This document shows, in pieces, positions 35,246-40,927 of a DNA stretch of 40,927 nucleotides. This stretch comes from Actinomycetota bacterium (GTDB lineage: Bacteria > Actinomycetota > Thermoleophilia > Gaiellales > Gaiellaceae), in assembly GCA_013696805.1 (NCBI GenBank), contig JACCXX010000087.1, forward strand, positions 1 through 40,927, in the 5' to 3' direction. The position numbers were made by a program, and so were the translations under genes. The notes under the pieces were generated by a model, which searched no databases, was not told where the DNA came from, and saw only the letters and a list, made by a program, of their open reading frames with translations. Every line of letters starts with the position of its first letter. Position 1 is the stretch's first letter.

Positions 35246-36690
35246 TGGGCCTCCACGACCGAATCAAGGGCAGCGATCTCGGTAACGGCCAGACCGAGTC
35301 CGGCGAGCAGCCGGTCTCGATGACCCGGCCGACGCTGGCCGAGGAGCCGGCGCCGAGCGCAGCCGACCCTTACGGCGCACTGAAGTCGGCGATCCATCAC
35401 GCTTGCATCGGGAAGCTCGGGCCTCAGCTCTTCACGACGGAGACGACCGAGGACCTCTCCGAGCGCGTCCTGCGCGAGGTGACCGAGCAGCTTGCGCTCG
35501 ACCGCACCCCGCTGACGCGTGAGGAGCGTCGCAGGATCGTCCGCGAGATCACGGACGACATCCTCGGCTACGGACCGTTGGAGCCCCTGCTCCATGACGA
35601 CTCTGTGACCGAGGTCATGGTCAACAACTTCGACCAGATCTACGTCGAGCGCGATGGGAAGCTCGAGCGCAGCGACACGACGTTCGCCGACAACGCGCAC
35701 CTGCTGCGAATCATCGACAAGATCGTTTCGCAGATCGGCAGGCGCATCGACGAGTCGTCGCCGATGGTCGACGCCCGCCTCCCCGACGGAAGCCGTGTCA
35801 ACGCAATCATCCCGCCCCTGGCGCTGAAGGGCCCGACGCTGACGATCCGCAAGTTTGCGCGCGACCCGTACACGATGGACGATCTGATCGGGTTCGGCTC
35901 GGTGACTCCCAAGGCCGCGCAATTCCTCGCGGCCATCGCGCGCGGGAAGCTCAATGTGCTCATCTCCGGTGGTACCGGCACCGGTAAGACGACGACTTTG
36001 AACGCGATCTCCGCCTTCATCCCCGGGGACGAGCGCATCGTCACGATCGAGGACGCCGCCGAGCTCCAGCTCCAGCAGGAACACGTGATCACGCTCGAGG
36101 CACGTCCTCCGAACATCGAGGGCCAGGGCGAGATCCGCATCCGCGAGCTCGTTCGCAACGCCCTGCGCATGCGCCCCGACCGGATCATCGTCGGTGAGGT
36201 CCGAGGCCCCGAGACCCTGGACATGCTCCAGGCGATGAACACCGGCCACGAAGGCTCGCTGACGACGATTCACGCCAACTCGCCACGCGACGCGCTGTCG
36301 CGCCTCGAGACGCTCGTGCTGACAGCCGGCGTCGACCTTCCGCTGCGGGCGATCCGTGAGCAGATCTCGAGCGCTTTTGACCTGCTCGTGCAGATCACGC
36401 GCCTCGTGGACGGCTCCCGCCGGCTCTCACACGTGACGGAGGTGCTCCGCATGGAGTCCGACGTGATCACGCTGCAGGACATCTTCATCGGGAAGCCGCC
36501 GGACGAGGTGACTGCGATGGTGAGCGGCGCGACTCGGCTGATGTCGCCGCTGCAATGCACGGGACTCAAGCCGCACTTCCTCGACAAGCTGGCTACCCAC
36601 GGAGTCGTGCTCCCGCCGACCTTCTTCGAGGAGGACGAGTCAGTGGTTCGCAGCACCTTGGCCGCGGCGAGCTACGGCAGGTTCGCGTGA
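35245..36690 (+). CDS. tadA: Tad secretion ATPase CpaF/TadA
   Basis: Walker A SGGTGTGKTT, Asp box IVTIEDAAEL, Walker B RIIVGEVRG, His box LTTIHANS. Confidence 0.95.
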   Translation: MGLHDRIKGSDLGNGQTESGEQPVSMTRPTLAEEPAPSAADPYGALKSAIHHACIGKLGPQLFTTETTEDLSERVLREVTEQLALDRTPLTREERRRIVREITDDILGYGPLEPLLHDDSVTEVMVNNFDQIYVERDGKLERSDTTFADNAHLLRIIDKIVSQIGRRIDESSPMVDARLPDGSRVNAIIPPLALKGPTLTIRKFARDPYTMDDLIGFGSVTPKAAQFLAAIARGKLNVLISGGTGTGKTTTLNAISAFIPGDERIVTIEDAAELQLQQEHVITLEARPPNIEGQGEIRIRELVRNALRMRPDRIIVGEVRGPETLDMLQAMNTGHEGSLTTIHANSPRDALSRLETLVLTAGVDLPLRAIREQISSAFDLLVQITRLVDGSRRLSHVTEVLRMESDVITLQDIFIGKPPDEVTAMVSGATRLMSPLQCTGLKPHFLDKLATHGVVLPPTFFEEDESVVRSTLAAASYGRFA

Positions 36691-38561
36691 GGCGCATCGG
36701 CGCGATCCAAGCGTTGCTGCTCGCAGCGGTGCTCCTCACCCTGGCGCCGGCAGCCGCACAGGCCGGGGTCAGGGTCTCGGGGCTCGATGCCGGTACCTAT
36801 CCGCTGATCAAGGTCACCGCAGTCAACTCCAAACGCACCTCGAAGCCGCCTCTGCTCCTCGAGAACGGCCGCCGTGTCACGCTCCGCTCGGCGCAGAACC
36901 TCGGTCGCGCCAAGACTGTCGTCCTGGCGCTCGACCGCTCGCAGTCGATGAAGGGCAAGCCACTCGCCGACGCCGTCGCCGCCGCACGGGCATTCATTGC
37001 CGCCAAGCCAGGCGCCGACCGCGTTGCCGTCGCCACCTTCGCCACCAACCCTGTCATGGTCACCGGCTTCTCGACGTCCACGATCGACGCTGACATCGCG
37101 CTCCGGACGATTCCGGTGGACGAGGTGCAGGGCACAACGCTGTACGACGCGCTCGTCCTCTCCGCCCGAAGGCTCGCCGCCGAGCGGCTGCCCTCGCGGG
37201 TGATCATCGTCGTCACCGACGGCAACGAGACCCGGAGCAAAGCATCGCTCAAGGAGGCGATCGCGGCCGCGCAGCAAGCGCACGCGGCCGTCTACGTCGT
37301 CGCCATCGAGAGCGCCAAGTTCACCCCCGCGCCGCTCAAGCAGCTCGCACACGAGACCGGCGGGAACTACCACGGGGCGGCGTCGAGTGAGGCGCTCACC
37401 CGTGTCTACCGCTCGATTGCCGCCGAGCTCAACCGAACCTGGCACCTGGAGTACGCGACTGCCGCGCGCCCCGGCGAGACGTTGACGCTCTCCGCACACT
37501 CCCTCGGCTCCTCGGCGTCGGCCAAGCTCGAACTTCCTGAAGGAGGGCTCCCGGCGGGCAACGGGCCGTCGCGGTTTCTACCAAAGATCTTTTACTCAGC
37601 AATCGGTACGCAGCTAATCGCGCTCCTGGCCGGCCTGATCGTCTTGCTGGGTGCCTCCCTTGCCATGACGACGGTCAAGGGCGCACGCCTCCGTAAGCGG
37701 CTCGCACCGCACCTCGCGACCAGCGTCGACGTCCGCAAGCGCAAGACAGAGCGAGAACGGCTCGCGATCGCGGCGGGACTGTTCCGCGCGACCGAGGGCG
37801 CCTTCAGCCACCGGCGCTTCTGGAGGCGCCTCGAGCACCTCGTCGAGCGAAGCGACCTCCCGCTCCGCACCGTCGAGGTCGCGTACCTGATGGTCGGCGC
37901 CGCGCTTCTCTTCGGGCTCTTCGCGATTCTCGTGGGAGTCGGCACGCTACTGCTGCTTGCGGCGTTCGGAGCCGGAGGCTTCCTTCCGCTGGGGTTCGTG
38001 TGGTTCAAGGCCACACGACGCACGAAGGCGTTCGAGAACCAGTTGCCGGACGTACTGATGACGCTCGCCGCCGCGCTCAAGGCCGGCCACAGCTTCAAGG
38101 CGGGCCTGCAGACGATCGTCGACGAGGGCAGTCCCCCGGCGAGCAAGGAATTCAACCGCGTCCTGGCCGAGGCGCGGCTGGGGCGCCCGCTGAACGACGC
38201 ACTCGCCGAGATGTCGGTTCGGCTGGGCTCGAAGAACTTCGACTTCGTCATCACCGCCGTAACGATCCAGCAGCAGGTCGGCGGCAGCCTCGCCGGGTTG
38301 ATCGACATGGTGGCCGACACCGTCCGCCAGCGCCAGCAGTTCGTCCGCAAGATCAAGGGCCTGACCGCGATGGGCCGCGCCGGCGCCTACGTGTTGCTCG
38401 GCCTGCCGTTCTTCATCGCCGCGATCATCACGCTCATGAACCGCACGTACATGGACCCGCTCTACAACACCAGCACGGGTCACAAGCTCATCTACGCGGG
38501 CCTCGGGATGATGGCCTTCGGGAGCGTCGTCCTCAAGAAAATCGTCTCCTTCAAGGGCTAG
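36687..38561 (+). CDS. tadB: fusion of a signal peptide and extracytoplasmic VWA domain to a TadB platform protein (T2SSF domain)
   Basis: GTG at 36687 (GTGA overlap with the tadA stop). Signal peptide ...LLAAVLLTLAPAAAQA. MIDAS residues DRSQS...GTT...TDGNE. TM segment, then a T2SSF domain (LPDVLMTLAAALKAGHSF...ITAVTIQQQVGGSLAG). Confidence 0.85.
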   Translation: MRRIGAIQALLLAAVLLTLAPAAAQAGVRVSGLDAGTYPLIKVTAVNSKRTSKPPLLLENGRRVTLRSAQNLGRAKTVVLALDRSQSMKGKPLADAVAAARAFIAAKPGADRVAVATFATNPVMVTGFSTSTIDADIALRTIPVDEVQGTTLYDALVLSARRLAAERLPSRVIIVVTDGNETRSKASLKEAIAAAQQAHAAVYVVAIESAKFTPAPLKQLAHETGGNYHGAASSEALTRVYRSIAAELNRTWHLEYATAARPGETLTLSAHSLGSSASAKLELPEGGLPAGNGPSRFLPKIFYSAIGTQLIALLAGLIVLLGASLAMTTVKGARLRKRLAPHLATSVDVRKRKTERERLAIAAGLFRATEGAFSHRRFWRRLEHLVERSDLPLRTVEVAYLMVGAALLFGLFAILVGVGTLLLLAAFGAGGFLPLGFVWFKATRRTKAFENQLPDVLMTLAAALKAGHSFKAGLQTIVDEGSPPASKEFNRVLAEARLGRPLNDALAEMSVRLGSKNFDFVITAVTIQQQVGGSLAGLIDMVADTVRQRQQFVRKIKGLTAMGRAGAYVLLGLPFFIAAIITLMNRTYMDPLYNTSTGHKLIYAGLGMMAFGSVVLKKIVSFKG

Positions 38562-38570
38562 GGGTAACCA

Positions 38571-39476
38571 GTGACCTTCCTTCTCGTATTCGCCGTCTTC
38601 TTCCTCGCGGGCGCCGCCTATCTGGTCGGCGAGATCGCGACCGCCCCCGCCCGCCAGCGTTGGCTCTCCGTGCGCCGGGCCGCGACGTACGGACAGATGG
38701 AGGTTCGCTCCAACGTGCAGGGCGAAAGCTTCGGCGACCGCTTCGTGGCCCCGGCACGCGAATGGCTCGCCCACTGGGCGCTGAGGGCAAATCCGCGCAC
38801 GAGCATGGACGCCATCGCGATGAAGCTGTACGCGGCGGGTCTCGGACGCAGGCTGTCGCCGACCGGCTTTCTCGCCCTCAAGGGAACAGCCGCCATCGCG
38901 GGGATCTTCTTCGGGACCATGATCGGGCGCATGGGCGGCGTCGGCGGCGCGCTCCTGGGTGCCCTCCTCCTCGGCGCCCTGGGCTTCTTCGCCCCCGACT
39001 ATGCGCTCACCCTGAAAGGCCGGAGCCGCCGAGAGCGCATCCGGGCCGACCTCTCCGACGCCCTCGACCTGCTCGCGGTGAGCGTCGAGGCCGGCCTCGG
39101 CTTCGACGGCGCCATGGCCAAGCTCAGCGAGCACATGGAAGGGCCGCTAGCCGAGGAGTTCTCGCTCACCCTGTCCGAGATGCGGATCGGCGAGAGCCGC
39201 TCAGGGGCGCTCAAGCGCCTGGCCGAGCGGGTCGACGCCGCCGAACTCTCGGCGTTCACACGCGCGATCATCCAGGCCGACCAGCTCGGCACCACGCTCG
39301 GGCGGATTCTCCGCGTGCAGGCGGCCGACGCCCGCCTCCGCCGCCAGGCGGCAGCGGAGGAGCGGGCCATGAAGGCGCCGATCAAGATGCTCTTCCCGAC
39401 CGTCCTCTTCATCTTTCCGGCCATGTTCCTCGTGATTCTCGGGCCGGCGATCCTGAACATCCAGGCACTTTTCTAG
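38571..39476 (+). CDS. tadC: TadC platform protein (T2SSF domain)
   Basis: LSDALDLLAVSVEAGLGFDGAM...RAIIQADQLGTTLGRIL...KMLFPTVLFIFPAMFLVILGP. Confidence 0.9.
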   Translation: MTFLLVFAVFFLAGAAYLVGEIATAPARQRWLSVRRAATYGQMEVRSNVQGESFGDRFVAPAREWLAHWALRANPRTSMDAIAMKLYAAGLGRRLSPTGFLALKGTAAIAGIFFGTMIGRMGGVGGALLGALLLGALGFFAPDYALTLKGRSRRERIRADLSDALDLLAVSVEAGLGFDGAMAKLSEHMEGPLAEEFSLTLSEMRIGESRSGALKRLAERVDAAELSAFTRAIIQADQLGTTLGRILRVQAADARLRRQAAAEERAMKAPIKMLFPTVLFIFPAMFLVILGPAILNIQALF

Positions 39477-39492
39477 AGCGACAGGAGCGGCG

Positions 39493-40917
39493 ATGTCCGA
39501 CGAGGCCAAAGGCCAGGAGCAAGAGCAGCAAGAACCCACCGAGGGTGGCTTCGGCACGGGCCTGCGCGCCCAGCTCCAGCGTCGGCGGGAGGGCAACGAG
39601 GAAGAAGGCCCGCGGGCTCAGCCGGCCGAGCCGCCGCTCGTCCGCGACCTATACACCTCGGAGTTGCACGAGACCCCGGTGAACGGCGGCGAGTACGAAC
39701 CCGAGCTCGACAGGCTCAAGGCCAAGCTGGCCGAGGGCGAGGAGCGTGAGCGGGAGCTGCGCGCGGCGTTCGCCGAACAGGTCGAGGCCTACGAGCGCAA
39801 GCTCTCGGAAGAGTTCGACGTCTCACGTGCAGCGGCGAAGCTCGACGAGAAGGACACGAGGCTTTCCGCGACCGAGTCCCAGCTCCACGAGCGCGAGCAA
39901 AGGCTGGCCGACGAGCGCGGGGAGCTGAACGAAGAGCGTAGGCGCGTCTCCGCGCTCCGGGACGAGCTTGATGCAACCCACGCGAGCGCGGCCGAGCTCC
40001 AGGAGGAGCTCCAGACGCGTGCGGCCGAGCTCGCCGAGGCCGAGAGGCTCGCCAAGCGCGGCTCCTCCGAGTTCACGCAGCGAAACGCCGTCATCAAAGC
40101 GCGCGAGGACAAGCTTGCGAAGGCCGAGGGAGAGCTCGCCACGCGCGAGAACCATTGGCGCGCACGCGAGAACGAGCTGAAGCGCCGCGAGAAGGATCTC
40201 CCTGGCCGGGAGTCCCGCCTGGGCGACGGAGAGCAGCGCCTGGCGAAGGAAGCTGCACGCGTCGCCGCCGAGGACGCCGCGCTGCGACGGCGCGAGGCCG
40301 AGGTCGAGGAGCGATACGCCGCCATTCACGCGGAGACGCAGCAGCTCGAGCAGAAGCTCACTTCCTCAGGCGAGGAGTTTCAGCAGATCCATACGCGAGC
40401 CGCAGAGGTCGAGGCCCGCGAGGAGGGTCTGATCGCCCGCGAGACCGAGCTCACCCGCCGCGAGGCGGAGCTCAAGCGCGTCGACGGCGAGCGCAAGTTC
40501 GCCCACGACCTCGAGGCGTGGGAGGAGCGCCTCAAAGACCGCGAGCAGCAGATCGCCGACCACGAGTCGTCCCTCGCCGAAGAAAATGAGCTGGCGGAAT
40601 CCGCGCGCGAGCTCACCGACCGCCGGGACAAGCGGTTTAACGACACGGACAGAGACCTTCGCGAGCGGATGGGCGAGCTCAACGAGCGCGAGGCCGAGTT
40701 CGACCGCAAGGAAGCCCGGTATGAAACCGACTTCGAGATCCGCATGGACAAGCTCGAACGGCGGGAGAAGGGCGTCGAGGAGCTCGAGCAGAAGCTCGGA
40801 ACAAAGGAGACCGAGCTGGCGGCCTACGTGGCCCAGGCACAGGGAGCGCTGCAGCGCCGCGAGTCCGAGTGGTGGACGAAGCAGACAGGACACGACGGCG
40901 ACGAAGAGGCGGCCTGA
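39493..40917 (+). CDS. 474-aa highly charged coiled-coil protein, last gene of the tad operon (function unknown)
   Basis: ATG follows an AGGAG RBS, 16 nt after tadC. Nearly uninterrupted E/R/K/A/L heptad-like sequence (...REAELKR..., ...RENELKRREKDL...). No signal peptide or TM segment. Confidence 0.8.
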   Translation: MSDEAKGQEQEQQEPTEGGFGTGLRAQLQRRREGNEEEGPRAQPAEPPLVRDLYTSELHETPVNGGEYEPELDRLKAKLAEGEERERELRAAFAEQVEAYERKLSEEFDVSRAAAKLDEKDTRLSATESQLHEREQRLADERGELNEERRRVSALRDELDATHASAAELQEELQTRAAELAEAERLAKRGSSEFTQRNAVIKAREDKLAKAEGELATRENHWRARENELKRREKDLPGRESRLGDGEQRLAKEAARVAAEDAALRRREAEVEERYAAIHAETQQLEQKLTSSGEEFQQIHTRAAEVEAREEGLIARETELTRREAELKRVDGERKFAHDLEAWEERLKDREQQIADHESSLAEENELAESARELTDRRDKRFNDTDRDLRERMGELNEREAEFDRKEARYETDFEIRMDKLERREKGVEELEQKLGTKETELAAYVAQAQGALQRRESEWWTKQTGHDGDEEAA

Positions 40918-40927
40918 GCGGCTTCAT

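Noticed and set aside
37947-39682. Long ORFs 37947..39134 (-) and 38000..39682 (+) overlapping tadB/tadC
   Set aside because: The translations are Arg/Pro/Gly-rich and non-protein-like, while the alternative frame encodes clear T2SSF domains. The same reasoning rejects 2072..2929(-), 2493..3494(-), 12728..13759(-), 14314..15144(-), 23140..24213(+), 27053..28096(+), 30470..31468(+), 35191..36273(-) and similar ORFs.

Overview
High-GC (roughly 68-70% by eye), densely coding chromosomal segment. Gene content suggests a monoderm, Actinomycetota-like organism, but that is inference. I support about 50 CDSs and found no rRNA, canonical tRNA, CRISPR array, integrase or transposase. From left to right: (1) miscellaneous small-enzyme and envelope genes: EamA transporter, VOC protein, DHFR-like protein, M55 D-aminopeptidase, M15 peptidase, L,D-transpeptidase; (2) a polar amino-acid ABC importer operon on the minus strand; (3) the principal sigma factor; (4) asparaginase, Fpg/Nei glycosylase, FolE2, PlsY, two divergent Fe/Mn-SOD family genes, an ECF sigma with an RskA-like anti-sigma, ThyX and DUF72; (5) a kynureninase-like PLP enzyme and an epimerase; (6) a minus-strand array of LAS metallopeptidase, DUF192, M28 peptidase and a MacB/FtsX-type ABC exporter; (7) diverging from that array, a complete monoderm-type Flp/Tad pilus operon (flp, tadE, tadG-like, cpaB, tadZ/cpaE, tadA/cpaF, VWA-tadB fusion, tadC) that ends in a 474-aa coiled-coil protein. 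The main oddities: two diverged tandem copies of a ~187-nt structured non-coding element filling a convergent intergenic gap (6204-6590); a possibly related tRNA-like T-arm element in a ~510-nt ORF-free region (89-602); the accessory content of the Tad locus (secreted VWA domain fused to TadB, terminal coiled-coil gene, adjacent peptidoglycan-hydrolase/DUF192 array); and two genes (plsY, anti-sigma) whose conserved N-termini have no canonical start codon and abut the upstream stop codon. The many long ORFs antisense to real genes are high-GC shadow ORFs.
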